Positions 23,101-33,797 of a DNA stretch of 64,000 bases are shown in pieces (position 1 is the first letter of the stretch; every line of letters begins with the position of its first letter). The notes under the pieces are model-generated. The model was not told where the DNA came from. It did not search any database and saw only the letters and a program-made list of their open reading frames with translations. The position numbers were made by a program, and so were the translations under genes. The stretch is taken from the NCBI GenBank assembly GCA_965216315.1, contig CBDCFN010000016.1, positions 2,208,001-2,272,000 on the forward strand, in the 5' to 3' direction. This DNA comes from a bacterium (GTDB taxonomy: Bacteria; UBA10199; 2-02-FULL-50-16; JAJFLM01).

Positions 23101-23522
23101 GCGCGTATCGACTCCACTTTACGCTGCATGAGTTCAAACGTCTCCTTAATCGGAACATCCCGAGGACAGATACTTTCGCATCCACTGCAAGAGTCACACG
23201 CCGTTGGGTCGAGATTTGCGTATGGATAATCTGTAATGAGACGAGACGCACTACTGGTATAAAACGAGGGCCCCATAAAATCAGCCGGATTAGTATGAGG
23301 TAAAGCGCGACAAAGGCTGTCACACAAACGACAGGATACACAACGACTGATTTGGTAGAGCAAGGCCTTTTCTTGAGAAGACATCGCGGGAATACCATCA
23401 TCTCGATAGTTGTCCAAAAAAACTTTAATGCCCGGTGACTTATATCTAAAAAGTCGTCGTAAGAGATGCCAAACAAATTGAATACCCAGCACCAATGTTG
23501 CGTACATGGACTTAAAATTCAC
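23097..23522 (-). CDS. Small 2x[4Fe-4S] protein with N-terminal hydrophobic segment
   Basis: CVSCRLCDSLC and CDSCSGCESICP; GTG start overlaps the glpB stop (GTGA). Confidence 0.8.
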   Translation of the reverse strand: MNFKSMYATLVLGIQFVWHLLRRLFRYKSPGIKVFLDNYRDDGIPAMSSQEKALLYQISRCVSCRLCDSLCRALPHTNPADFMGPSFYTSSASRLITDYPYANLDPTACDSCSGCESICPRDVPIKETFELMQRKVESIRA

Positions 23523-24826
23523 CTGACAGCCTCTCTTCCAGCCAGCCAACCACTCAACAAGGCCACGCCACTGCCGGATCCATCGGCTGCCGCGCGATAC
23601 CCGCCGATCACACTCCCCGCCGCGCGCAGATTCGAATACAGAGGTTCATTCCACTGACTCACCGGCCGTAGCGACCGATCCACTTTGACTCCCACCCTGA
23701 ACAACGCATGATCATCAATGTAATCTTGCTCCAGCATATCACCTACAAAACTCGCTCCGGCGACTTTACCATCGACAAACACGGGTAACTCAAAAATAGC
23801 CTCTTTCATAATGTCATGCCTCACCACCCCGCCACCGATGAAACGCCCCGTAGCCAAAATCACCTCATCAAAGTCATACAGATGATCAACATCTCCTCCT
23901 GAAGTCACAAGTTGAGTAATCCGATCCGCTACTGACTCAAAACCCGTGACAGTGCCGGGTAATATTTTAATATTGGCACTGGATAAGGCGGCCTCCAGGA
24001 TCTTATGGCGACGCAATCCGGGAATAGACGGGACCGTTGCTAACACCTCAAAACACTGAGCCCCGCACTGTTTGTGTAATTGTTCAATGAGTCGCGGCCC
24101 TTTTTCAATCCCAATGACCGCGGGCAATAAGACGTGGGTCGCATTAAAGTGTTGAACTTGTTCTCGTAACGCGTTTGCAAGCAGCTCAAAGGTATCGTTC
24201 TCTTCCAGCCGCTCCGCCAAGGCAAAAGGCGATAGAGAATGCTGGGGAACTCCATTGATGCTCAACCAACACGCTTCAACGGAATCAATACTCTTGCCGG
24301 GCAAGCGGGCGGCTACAGACGAAATGACTTTTTTAAGGAGAGGAACGGAAAAACCCGCCAGTCCTGGAATACCTGCGATAAGAAGTCGGGCCTTGCGCCA
24401 TTTGAGAACATTGCCAGGCGCCTGTGATGGATCTGCCAAGGCGGTATATTTGAGTGTGCCTAATGGCGTAAAAAAAGCCATTGTCTCATTCAAGGAACCG
24501 ACCAGATTACGAGGCAAGTGCGTTCCCAAAACTCTGAGCGCTTCATCCATTTCGTCAGCCAACGACGTATCACGCAATGTACGGCTCATCAGCGCATAAG
24601 GATGCTGCGGACGGCGGACGGCAATTTTTTCAATCTGCTCGCGCGGAGATAAAGGTGTTTCATATTCAACCCGAATACGCCGCTCATCAAGCGAACCCAT
24701 GTCCCATGCACCTGACGCCATCGCCGTCGCACCCGGCCTGCCCCCGACGATCGTCACATCAGCACCTTTCTGCTGTGCAGCTAATGCCGCCGCAACGGCA
24801 CTCAAGCCACCCCCGATAATGATCAC
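23519..24826 (-). CDS. glpB: Anaerobic glycerol-3-phosphate dehydrogenase subunit B
   Basis: IIIGGG, PSIPGLR, ILATGRFIGGG, NLRAAGSVIGG, GSGVA; true start may be 24838. Confidence 0.85.
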   Translation of the reverse strand: MIIIGGGLSAVAAALAAQQKGADVTIVGGRPGATAMASGAWDMGSLDERRIRVEYETPLSPREQIEKIAVRRPQHPYALMSRTLRDTSLADEMDEALRVLGTHLPRNLVGSLNETMAFFTPLGTLKYTALADPSQAPGNVLKWRKARLLIAGIPGLAGFSVPLLKKVISSVAARLPGKSIDSVEACWLSINGVPQHSLSPFALAERLEENDTFELLANALREQVQHFNATHVLLPAVIGIEKGPRLIEQLHKQCGAQCFEVLATVPSIPGLRRHKILEAALSSANIKILPGTVTGFESVADRITQLVTSGGDVDHLYDFDEVILATGRFIGGGVVRHDIMKEAIFELPVFVDGKVAGASFVGDMLEQDYIDDHALFRVGVKVDRSLRPVSQWNEPLYSNLRAAGSVIGGYRAAADGSGSGVALLSGWLAGREAVR

Positions 24827-24840
24827 GCTTTTAGCGATGG

Positions 24841-26496
24841 CTATTCTCCTTCATACTGCAATCCCAAAGTGCCTCTAAATATCCCTTGATTAATCTCTTC
24901 CTGCACCAACTGCTCTCCCGTTAAGATATTTTTGCGCGCCTGCCACTGCCGATTGAGAAAATGCTTGAGATCCTTAATCGAACGATCCGCGGACCATTCT
25001 TTAACACTCGCAAGACACGAGAGCGCCGGCACCGCACACAATGCCCCCTGGCATGCGCCGGAACCAACTCGCGTCCTTCTAAATAAATCATCCAAACTCT
25101 CAGCCCATTCATTACGTGCGACATAGGAGATCTCGGCAGCCGTCACCGGTTCACACGGACAAATCACGGTCTTTTCGGGAACATCGGTGCAGGCCTCATC
25201 AAGTATCAGCTTAGCACGCGATCCCTGGCGGTATGAAAGGCGTCTCACAACATACGTATCCAGACCACATTGCTCCGCCGTTGCCCTGACGTCAGGCGTC
25301 TCCTCTCCTCCCGGCAAGGGAACCAAGTGCGTTCGACATTTAGAGGAGACATCAAGCTTTTTGGCTATCAAGTCCGTGGCTTCTTCCGACATTTCACGAA
25401 ATGAAGCCAACTTGCCGCCGATCATACTGATGAAACCATCAACGGCTTCAGTTTGACTATGGTCAATGATCAGATGATCTCGAGACAACTCATCCTCGTA
25501 ACAGTCAGTTCCATAGATAGTCGGGCGAACACCGCGCCATGTACTGATAATGCGGGCCTTGTGGACCTCAGGAAAGACAGGCTCGATCCCTTCAATAAGA
25601 TATTTCACTTCGTCTTCAGTCACCGCAATATTATCGAGGTCCCCATAAAAATCATCATCCGTCGTCCCGATAATCGTTGTGTTCTCATGAGGCGTAATAA
25701 ATATCTGCCGACCATCAATGCACTTTGAAACAATTGCCATATTGGTGAGGCGCCGATCGAGGATGAGATGAATCCCCTTGCCGCCACGTATTTTTACGTG
25801 ACATCGGGCGAGCTCCGCAAACTGCGGTGACCATGGTCCCGTCGCATTAAAAATAATGCGGCCGTAATAAGTCGTCGGGTCCCCTGAAATAACATCGCGC
25901 GTTTTAATACCGGTGACGCGATTGCCCTCACGAATCACTCGCGTGACCAGTGTATGATTGCGAATTTTAGCGCCATATTCCGCCGCGGCGAGAGCATTGG
26001 CGACACAGAGTCGATTCGTATCTATACCCCACTCGTCAAAAGTTACCGCACCGTCTACCGTCGGTGGGATCGCCGGCTCCAAGCTGCGAACTTCATCGCG
26101 GCTCAATCGGGTATGGCTCTTACCGCCCTTCAGCTTCGAAAAGCGATCGTAGACCTCAAAAAAAGTCTCCATGAGTTCCAAGGTAAGCCGGTTCCGCCAT
26201 CGCGAGGATCCGTCCTCATCGAGGACGGGAACGAGAAAAGGAATACGAAAACAAAGGTGCGGCGCAATCTTGCGAATGTAACCCGCATCTCGACAGGCCT
26301 TCTTGGTGGTGCCCACCTCATATTGAAGGTAGCGCGGTCCACCATGAATCATCCCGGAAGAGGCTCCCGTCGTCCCGGCCGCAAAATCATTCTTTTCCAC
26401 CAACAAAACGGTCATACCGCGCATCGCGGCATCGCGGGCAATTCCGGTCCCGTTACAACCCCCGCCAACGACTATGAGATCAAAGGATTCCGCCAT
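24841..26496 (-). CDS. glpA: FAD-dependent glycerol-3-phosphate dehydrogenase subunit A with BFD-like C-terminus
   Basis: GIARDAAMRG, IHGGPRYL, IIGTTD, GVRP, GGKL, CPCE...RTRVGSGACQGALC. Confidence 0.88.
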   Translation of the reverse strand: MAESFDLIVVGGGCNGTGIARDAAMRGMTVLLVEKNDFAAGTTGASSGMIHGGPRYLQYEVGTTKKACRDAGYIRKIAPHLCFRIPFLVPVLDEDGSSRWRNRLTLELMETFFEVYDRFSKLKGGKSHTRLSRDEVRSLEPAIPPTVDGAVTFDEWGIDTNRLCVANALAAAEYGAKIRNHTLVTRVIREGNRVTGIKTRDVISGDPTTYYGRIIFNATGPWSPQFAELARCHVKIRGGKGIHLILDRRLTNMAIVSKCIDGRQIFITPHENTTIIGTTDDDFYGDLDNIAVTEDEVKYLIEGIEPVFPEVHKARIISTWRGVRPTIYGTDCYEDELSRDHLIIDHSQTEAVDGFISMIGGKLASFREMSEEATDLIAKKLDVSSKCRTHLVPLPGGEETPDVRATAEQCGLDTYVVRRLSYRQGSRAKLILDEACTDVPEKTVICPCEPVTAAEISYVARNEWAESLDDLFRRTRVGSGACQGALCAVPALSCLASVKEWSADRSIKDLKHFLNRQWQARKNILTGEQLVQEEINQGIFRGTLGLQYEGE

Positions 26497-26574
26497 AAAG
26501 GGCCATAGGCTACCTTTAAGGACGCAAGGCGTCAATTAAAGACCCACACTGACCTGATCTGGGGGGAACGAGCT

Positions 26575-28203
26575 CTAATCCGCTTCCGAACCCAAGGCGG
26601 ACTCGGCGGCAGAGAGGAGTGACCCGTCATCGATCAGGGCGCGAACCCGCTCGATATCAGGAGTCATGACCCGATCGCGTTCCATAAACGGAACTTCTGC
26701 CCGAATCCGCTCGTACACGGCTTGGAGCGCGGGACTCGTACGGCGGGGCTTACGAAAATCCAGCCCCTGGGCCGCCGCTAGGAATTCGATCGCCAGGACA
26801 TCACGCACATTGTGTTGGATCGCTTCCAGTTTTATCGCCGCGCGGGCACCCATCGATACATGGTCTTCTTGTCCCGCGGACGTTGGAATCGAGTCGACCG
26901 AGGCCGGATGCGCCAAGCCTTTATTCTCAGAAACCAAAGCCGTCGCCGTCACATGGGCGATCATAAAACCACTGCTGGTTCCCGGATCCGGTGCAAGAAA
27001 AGGCGGGAGACCACTTGCATAACGACCGTTAACAAGTTGTTCAATACGCCGCTCACTGATGTTCGCCAATTCGGCGAGGGCAATCCCGGCATAATCCAGT
27101 GCCAGTGCAATCGGCTGGCCGTGAAAGTTACCGCCTGAAATGACTTCGCCGCTGTTCGCAAATACGAGCGGATTATCCGTTACACTTCTTGTCTCACGTT
27201 CCAGCACCTGTTGCACATGTGTCAACGCATCTCGCGTGGCGCCGTGTACCTGCGGCATACAGCGAAAGGAATAGGGATCTTGTACTTTGTCGCAATCGGC
27301 GTGCGAAGTGATAATCTTGCTGCCTAACAACAAGCGCGTTAAAAATGCGGCTGACGTCATCTGCCCTGGGTGTTGCTTTAAGTGATGAATGCGTGGATCA
27401 AAAGCACTATTGGTTCCTTGATAGGCCTCGAGTGACATCGCACCGGCGATGTCGGCCAAGTTCGCCGTCATCTGGGCATCGTAAACTGCCAGCCCACCCA
27501 CCGCCGTCATGAACTGGGTTCCATTTAACAACGTGAGACCTTCTTTGGCCGCAAGATTCAAAGGGGATAGAGCGGCGGCTTTCAACGCCGCAGCGCCTGT
27601 TAATATCTGCCCTTCATATTCCGCCTGACCTTCCCCAATGAGGACCAGGGCCATATGCGCGAGAGGCGCAAGGTCGCCGGAGGCTCCCACCGATCCCTTG
27701 GAGGGAATAACCGGATGGACCCCTTTGTTGAGCATGTCACATAAAAGATCGCAGACACGGGGACGCGTTCCCGAATGCCCGAGAGCGAGAACCGCTGCGC
27801 GCAACAACATCATCGCCCGCACTTGGTCCGTCCGCAAGGGAGCACCCACACCTGCTGCATGAGAACGCACTAAGTTGACTTGAAGTTCGGCAAGCTCCGC
27901 TGCCGGAATGCGTTTCTGGGCATTTCCCCCGAAACCCGTATTGACTCCATATACCGCGCGGTCCCCCTCCCCACCAGCGACGATATCCTCAATCACGCGA
28001 CGTGAAGCCGCCATTACCGGCGTTGAGATTTCGCTGACGGCCACGGGGACGTGTTCTCGCGCAACTGTCGCCATCGCATCCAAGGTCAAATAAGTTTCAC
28101 CGAGAACAACGCAATCATAAGAGCTTGTTGAGGTCGATTGACTGGCTAAAACTGTCGAAGCCAATCCGATAGACGTACTATTAGCTAAACTAAAAAATGT
28201 CAT
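26575..28203 (-). CDS. hutH: Histidine ammonia-lyase
   Basis: YGVNTGFG, LVRSHAAG, ASG (MIO) in GASGDLAPL, QDPYSFRC, GGNFHG, QEDHVSM. Confidence 0.93.
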   Translation of the reverse strand: MTFFSLANSTSIGLASTVLASQSTSTSSYDCVVLGETYLTLDAMATVAREHVPVAVSEISTPVMAASRRVIEDIVAGGEGDRAVYGVNTGFGGNAQKRIPAAELAELQVNLVRSHAAGVGAPLRTDQVRAMMLLRAAVLALGHSGTRPRVCDLLCDMLNKGVHPVIPSKGSVGASGDLAPLAHMALVLIGEGQAEYEGQILTGAAALKAAALSPLNLAAKEGLTLLNGTQFMTAVGGLAVYDAQMTANLADIAGAMSLEAYQGTNSAFDPRIHHLKQHPGQMTSAAFLTRLLLGSKIITSHADCDKVQDPYSFRCMPQVHGATRDALTHVQQVLERETRSVTDNPLVFANSGEVISGGNFHGQPIALALDYAGIALAELANISERRIEQLVNGRYASGLPPFLAPDPGTSSGFMIAHVTATALVSENKGLAHPASVDSIPTSAGQEDHVSMGARAAIKLEAIQHNVRDVLAIEFLAAAQGLDFRKPRRTSPALQAVYERIRAEVPFMERDRVMTPDIERVRALIDDGSLLSAAESALGSEAD

Positions 28204-28230
28204 TGAAAACCCTTCCCTTAATCTTGAAAA

Positions 28231-28842
28231 TTATCGGAATAAATCCAACTGCGGATCCGGCTCGTAAACCCACTCAGAACCGAAACTTTCCCTGAGCGAA
28301 CGGCGCGCAATGTCATAAAAACTGCGGTCATCAAACGGAAAATAAATGACACGCGTATTCCCCGGTGCGGTGGCCCAATGAGTCTGTATATTCGTGAATA
28401 ACCCGATTGAAACGATAGCCGCCATACTAGCGAGACCGAACGAATTGACATCCCAGCGAATCGACGAAAAATTTGTGCATGCATCCCACACCTTTTCTAC
28501 CGCCGCTTCGAGATTTCCTTCCAATGTAGGATCGCTGTAAACACCCAAAAAAAGACGCGTCGGTGTCCCGCTCACTTCACGGAATTTACCCCAACCTTTG
28601 TCAAAGGCTCTTGACCTTACTTCGTGGAAATGCCCGTCATCGTCATCATCGCGAACGTCACTATTAAGCGTTATCTGTAGGTCTATTTCCGCCGTTAAAA
28701 AAGCCTGGCGCGCTGCAAACTGTTCACAGGACCGAGGGTGATAGACGAGTGCCAATGAAGGTCCCGCATTCTGGTTGGCAATTCCAATCGCGAAATGGCT
28801 GAATCCGATGTTCGAAAGCTGTTGGGCCAGGGGCGCAATCAT
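28231..28842 (-). CDS. Hypothetical protein
   Basis: 203-aa ORF co-oriented with hutH; no motif recognised. Confidence 0.55.
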   Translation of the reverse strand: MIAPLAQQLSNIGFSHFAIGIANQNAGPSLALVYHPRSCEQFAARQAFLTAEIDLQITLNSDVRDDDDDGHFHEVRSRAFDKGWGKFREVSGTPTRLFLGVYSDPTLEGNLEAAVEKVWDACTNFSSIRWDVNSFGLASMAAIVSIGLFTNIQTHWATAPGNTRVIYFPFDDRSFYDIARRSLRESFGSEWVYEPDPQLDLFR

Positions 28843-28905
28843 GCCCGCTTATCGACGCGGGCCACAGATAGTTGCGCTCAGCAATGCTTTGAAATGACTA
28901 AGTTT

Positions 28906-29217
28906 TTAGTGGCGTTGCGTCGGATTGCCTGGACGGATCAGCCTTTCTTTAACGCCGTCCGTATCGGCGGCCTCGCCGATAATCATCGCCATCGAGGCGG
29001 CGACGCGCCTGAGCACGCGGAATTTTTTCTTATGGCTCGGCTCATCCTCGTGCAAATCGCTCTGCCGGACCGAAAAGTCGGCGACAAGCGGATTGAGTGC
29101 TTGAGCGTGCTTCGCGTTCCGACCCCGTGCGTCCGCTACGACACTCACCGAAACAAAAGTCGCAGCGGACATGGCGACAACAACCATTGATTTAATTGTT
29201 TTAGCGAGATACCCCAT
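28906..29217 (-). CDS. Small hypothetical protein, possibly secreted
   Basis: Signal-peptide-like N-terminus ending VVADA. Confidence 0.4.
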   Translation of the reverse strand: MGYLAKTIKSMVVVAMSAATFVSVSVVADARGRNAKHAQALNPLVADFSVRQSDLHEDEPSHKKKFRVLRRVAASMAMIIGEAADTDGVKERLIRPGNPTQRH

Positions 29218-29352
29218 ATTCAAACCCAGCCGCTAATTATAAGCTAAATTTTATAGATAAACAAGGACTAAGAATTGGCGAAAAATGGATTCTTGGCTTA
29301 AAGAAGTGTATACTTCCTCAGTCATCCTTCACTAACAATTGGAAACATTGCT

Positions 29353-31089
29353 ATGAAAATCAAAACGCTATGGATTTGCTTAATTGTAGTCTTAAACAGC
29401 TTTATAAACTTCCGTCTCGTCAATGCCGCGCCTGGAGATTTAGACGCCAGCTTCGGTAATGATGGTTTCGTTGTTACGGATGTCAACAACGGCTCAAGCG
29501 AGCAAGTTTTACGAGCTGTCCTCCAGGATGACGACAAAATAGTTGTTGTGGGCATATCCGGCTCATTATCTTCACTCGACTCAATGGTGGCCCGCTACAA
29601 CTCAGATGGATCGCTTGACTCGGATTTCAGCGGCGACGGTCTCGCCACTTTCAATTTAGCCGCCAGCATGAATGCCGAAGGCTTCCTCGACGCAGCCGTG
29701 CTGGAAGACGGCTCCATGCTGTTGCACGGGCTTAGAGACGCGGACAATGATCCCAACATGGAGGCTTTTGAAGTCATTACCCTAAAAGTCGACAGCCAGG
29801 GTGATGTCATCACAAGTTTTGGAACCAGCGGTTTGGCAACACTTCCTGTCGCCGGCAATTTTATTTTTCCAACAAGAATTCACGTGCTACCGGACGGGAA
29901 ATTTCTCTCCGTGGCTTTTTCAATCGATTCCATGGTGCAGAACGTGACGATCGTCACCAGCCGCTTTGATAGCGACGGCAATTTAGACACTTCTTTCGGT
30001 ACCAACGGCTCGACGAGCACGTCGGTTGGCCTCTTCTTTGCCTTCTTTGCTGCTGTTAATTCACACCTCTTACCCGATGGAAAAATTTTAGTTCCGTCCG
30101 GCTTAGTTGATCCCATGGCCCTAACGTCGCAGGCAGGGGTCGTCCGGCTCCTGGATGACGGCAGCCTTGATACGGACTTCGGCGACAACGGTTTTGCCCT
30201 GCTGGATGCGGGTGCGGGTATTTTAACGGCATTCGGCGACGTCGGCGTACAGAGTGATGGTAAGATCGTGGCGAGCGGCGTCTACGGGTTGAACGCCGAC
30301 GAAGATTTTCTAGTGGCCCGCTTCGAAGCCGATGGCACAATCGACACAAGTTTTGGGCCGGGTGGCCAGGGATTCGCGCACACCAATATCGAGGGAAACA
30401 GTATGGACCGGGCACGGGCCTTGCTCGTGCAAGACAATGATAAAATCGTACTCGCGGGTAGCAGCGAGCTCAATGGCTTAGAAGATATGGCCGTTATCCG
30501 TTACAATCCCGACGGCAGTCTGGACAACGAAGCGACCTTTAGCGAGGATGGCATTCAGCTCATCGACTTTCCGGCCAACATGAATGATGAGGCCAGCTTC
30601 TTGCTCGAGCAACCCGATGGAAAACTACTCGTCGGCGGTAACTCTAATAACGGAACCGACGATGATATTGCACTGACGCGGCTTCTCACCGATCCCGGAG
30701 ACCTGGCTATCGATATTAGCGCCGATCAAACGGAGATTAATTTCGGCGAAGAGATCAATCTTACGATATCCGTCGACAATCTAGCGGACACAACCGCCAG
30801 CAACGTCGTCGTCAGCAGCAATGATCCTGCGGAACTCGACTTGGTGTCGGCCACGCCCACTCAAGGCAGCTGCAACGACACTCTGCCCCTCAGTTGCGAT
30901 ATCGGTTCATTAGAAGGCGTAAGCGCTGCGGAAATCAGTGTCACCGCAATATCAATAGACGTCAGCAACTCTGTCTCGTTCGATGTCTCCGTGAGCGGCG
31001 GTATCGACGACACGGATGCCAGTAACAACACGGCAAGCACGAGCTTTAAGATTGGGGCAGGAGGCGGGTGTAGTTTATTACGTTTCTGA
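29353..31089 (+). CDS. Secreted delta-60 repeat beta-propeller + DUF11-like domain protein with minimal GGGCSLLRF tail
   Basis: Signal peptide, seven QxDGKIV..G / DGxLDxxF repeats, DLAI..TISVDN..ASNVVV..DTDASNN. Confidence 0.88.
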   Translation: MKIKTLWICLIVVLNSFINFRLVNAAPGDLDASFGNDGFVVTDVNNGSSEQVLRAVLQDDDKIVVVGISGSLSSLDSMVARYNSDGSLDSDFSGDGLATFNLAASMNAEGFLDAAVLEDGSMLLHGLRDADNDPNMEAFEVITLKVDSQGDVITSFGTSGLATLPVAGNFIFPTRIHVLPDGKFLSVAFSIDSMVQNVTIVTSRFDSDGNLDTSFGTNGSTSTSVGLFFAFFAAVNSHLLPDGKILVPSGLVDPMALTSQAGVVRLLDDGSLDTDFGDNGFALLDAGAGILTAFGDVGVQSDGKIVASGVYGLNADEDFLVARFEADGTIDTSFGPGGQGFAHTNIEGNSMDRARALLVQDNDKIVLAGSSELNGLEDMAVIRYNPDGSLDNEATFSEDGIQLIDFPANMNDEASFLLEQPDGKLLVGGNSNNGTDDDIALTRLLTDPGDLAIDISADQTEINFGEEINLTISVDNLADTTASNVVVSSNDPAELDLVSATPTQGSCNDTLPLSCDIGSLEGVSAAEISVTAISIDVSNSVSFDVSVSGGIDDTDASNNTASTSFKIGAGGGCSLLRF

Positions 31090-31091
31090 AC

Positions 31092-32876
31092 TTATTGTTT
31101 CCGAACCTGTAATCCCAGCTCGCGCAACTGTTTCGAATCAACATCCGACGGCGCTTCGCACATGGGGTCCTGGGCCTTTTGCGTTTTGGGGAAGGCGATG
31201 ACGTCGCGGATCGACGGGGCGCCGGTCATCAACATAATAATACGGTCGAGACCAAAAGCGATACCGCCGTGGGGTGGCGCACCATACTTCAAGGCATCTA
31301 ACAAAAATCCAAACTTCTCACGTGCCTCGGCTTCGTCTATCTTTAAGAGTTCGAACATCTTTTGTTGCAACTCGGTTTGATGAATACGAATCGACCCTCC
31401 GCCGATTTCGTTGCCGTTGAGGACTAAATCATAGGCCTGCGAACGAATCTCATGCGGCGCCCCGTCTAATTTATCGAGGTCTTCTACTTTGGGCGCGGTA
31501 AAAGGATGATGAACCGCCGTATGTCGCGCCTCGTCCTCGTCGTATTCAAAGAGCGGGAAATCCGTGACCCAGACAAAGCGGAATTCATTTTTAGGCAAGA
31601 GGTCTAAGCGCCGCGCCAGTTCTTCGCGCAAATGCCCTAAGGCCTCATTGACAACTTTGGGTCTATCCGCGCCAAAAACGATCAGGTCTCCGTTTTTAAT
31701 CTGCATTGAGGCTTTAAGTTGTTCTTTTTCCGTATCCGAAAAAAACTTCACGATCGGCGACTGCCATTCACCATCATCGCCGACCTTGATGTAGGCCATT
31801 CCCTTCGCGCCGTAGATGCCGACATAGGCCGTCAATTCATCAATAATCTTACGGGAAAGTCCCGCCTGCCCTTTGACATTGATGGCTTTGATAATCCCCT
31901 TGTTTTCCAGCACGCTTTTAAAGACTTTAAACTGACTCTCTTTAAATATTTCGCCGACGTCGACCAGCTCCAGACCAAAACGTAAATCAGGTGTATCGAT
32001 CCCAAAACGCCGGATCGCTTCTTGATAGGTCATACGCTCAAACGGTAACTTCAGTTCCAAACCCAGCGCCTCTTTCCAAAGCGAACCCACCAAGCCCTCA
32101 ATAACATTAATCAGCGTGTCTTCCGTGACAAAACTCATCTCGATATCAATCTGGGTAAATTCCGGTTGACGATCGGCACGCAGGTCCTCATCCCGAAAAC
32201 AACGCACAACCTGAAAATAACGATCAAAACCGGAAACCATTAATAGTTGTTTAAACAGCTGGGGAGACTGCGGCAGGGAATAAAACTGGCCGTGATAAAG
32301 CCGTGACGGCACCAAATAGTCACGGGCACCTTCCGGTGTCGACCTCGTTAAAAAAGGGGTCTCAATTTCTAAAAATCCCGTCTCCGTCAGATATTTTCGT
32401 GCGGCCTGCATCACATGATGCCGCATCATCAGATTGCGCTGCAGAATGGGACGGCGCAGATCCATATAACGATAGCGTAATCGTATATCTTCGCCGGCAT
32501 CGGTATTGTCCTCAATGAGAAAAGGCGGGGTCTCCGAGCGATTAAAGACTTCAAAGGCTTCGACGGCCACTTCGATCGCGCCGGTCGCCAATTTGTCATT
32601 CTGCATCCCCTCGGGCCGCCGTCGCACGCGACCTCGAATTCCCATCACGTATTCCGTCCTCAGGTGATGGGCCAGTTCATGCACCTTGGCATCATCTTCC
32701 GGATTGAAGACAATCTGCGTCACACCCTCACGGTCACGCAGATCCACAAAGATCAAGCCGCCGTGATCGCGGCGCGTGCCCACCCAACCCATGAGTACCA
32801 CTTCCTGATCTATGGAGTCGGCCGTTAGGTCCCCACAGGAGTGGGTCCGTTTATAGGTATGAAGAAATTCTGACAT
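31092..32876 (-). CDS. aspS: Aspartyl-tRNA synthetase, probably non-discriminating
   Basis: [46 protein letters not shown]. Confidence 0.96.
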   Translation of the reverse strand: MSEFLHTYKRTHSCGDLTADSIDQEVVLMGWVGTRRDHGGLIFVDLRDREGVTQIVFNPEDDAKVHELAHHLRTEYVMGIRGRVRRRPEGMQNDKLATGAIEVAVEAFEVFNRSETPPFLIEDNTDAGEDIRLRYRYMDLRRPILQRNLMMRHHVMQAARKYLTETGFLEIETPFLTRSTPEGARDYLVPSRLYHGQFYSLPQSPQLFKQLLMVSGFDRYFQVVRCFRDEDLRADRQPEFTQIDIEMSFVTEDTLINVIEGLVGSLWKEALGLELKLPFERMTYQEAIRRFGIDTPDLRFGLELVDVGEIFKESQFKVFKSVLENKGIIKAINVKGQAGLSRKIIDELTAYVGIYGAKGMAYIKVGDDGEWQSPIVKFFSDTEKEQLKASMQIKNGDLIVFGADRPKVVNEALGHLREELARRLDLLPKNEFRFVWVTDFPLFEYDEDEARHTAVHHPFTAPKVEDLDKLDGAPHEIRSQAYDLVLNGNEIGGGSIRIHQTELQQKMFELLKIDEAEAREKFGFLLDALKYGAPPHGGIAFGLDRIIMLMTGAPSIRDVIAFPKTQKAQDPMCEAPSDVDSKQLRELGLQVRKQ

Positions 32877-32885
32877 TCAGCCCGT

Positions 32886-33770
32886 TTATTTAATTATCTT
32901 GAATTCGATGCGCCGGTTCTTGGCTCGACCTGCCTTGGTCTCGTTAGATTCTATCGGGTTGCTGTCCCCGTAGCCTTTGGCCACAACTCGGTGCACGCCT
33001 ACACCCTGCAAAATCAGGTATGCTTTGACAACATTTGCACGCGCAATGGTCAAGGCCTCATTGATGGCCGAATCTCCCGAATTGTCGGTATACGCGGATA
33101 CCTGAACTTTGGGGACCTCATTAGGCTTCTCTTTCATGATCGACGCGACGCGCTCGAGTACGCGGCGGTCTCCGTCCGAGAGGTTGGTCGACCAGGCATT
33201 AAAGAGAAAGGGCGGCGTCTTGATTTGACTCTTTTCGGCATCGACAGATACGTCGGCACGCATCGGAACCGACCGGCGTCGCGTCGAGACCCGGGTTCCA
33301 CCCAGCCACATCGGTTCATTGGCTCCAATCGCCAAATCCGACTCATGCGCTCCGCCGCTGCTCGCGGCCGGCGCTGAATAACTGGGTGGTGGCGGTGCCG
33401 CGGCGACAGAACCCGAATGACCTCTCATCCGTGCGTCGCGACGTGCGGCCGCACTGCCGGTTTCTAACTGCAGATCTGACTCGACACCCGTATTGGATGA
33501 CGAGGGTTCCGGTGGGGGAGGCGTATAATGAGGTTCCGGGCGCGGCGTCGGTGTGACCGCCGAGCCACCTTCTCCTCTCATCCGTCGGTTCCTGCGTTCC
33601 GCTTCCTCGGGACTCTCCATCGCACCTTGAACATCCGCTTCATGGGCACGCCGTAGCCGCTCCGCTTCCGGGGACCCTTCTTCGGCAATCCCCAACGGCT
33701 CTTGTGCCATCGTCATCGCCGGTATTAATAACAAACCTGTTGCCAACAGCAGGTACATTTTTATTTTCAT
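32886..33770 (-). CDS. OmpA-C domain protein with disordered repetitive N-terminus
   Basis: Signal peptide; YTDNSG..N..L...RA..V, GYGDSNP, NRRIEF. Confidence 0.88.
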   Translation of the reverse strand: MKIKMYLLLATGLLLIPAMTMAQEPLGIAEEGSPEAERLRRAHEADVQGAMESPEEAERRNRRMRGEGGSAVTPTPRPEPHYTPPPPEPSSSNTGVESDLQLETGSAAARRDARMRGHSGSVAAAPPPPSYSAPAASSGGAHESDLAIGANEPMWLGGTRVSTRRRSVPMRADVSVDAEKSQIKTPPFLFNAWSTNLSDGDRRVLERVASIMKEKPNEVPKVQVSAYTDNSGDSAINEALTIARANVVKAYLILQGVGVHRVVAKGYGDSNPIESNETKAGRAKNRRIEFKIIK

Positions 33771-33797
33771 GGCTTCTTCCCCCTCGAAATCATTTCA

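Noticed and set aside
28231..29223. Single interrupted gene from two same-frame ORFs
   Set aside because: Two separate in-frame stops intervene and no homology evidence joins them
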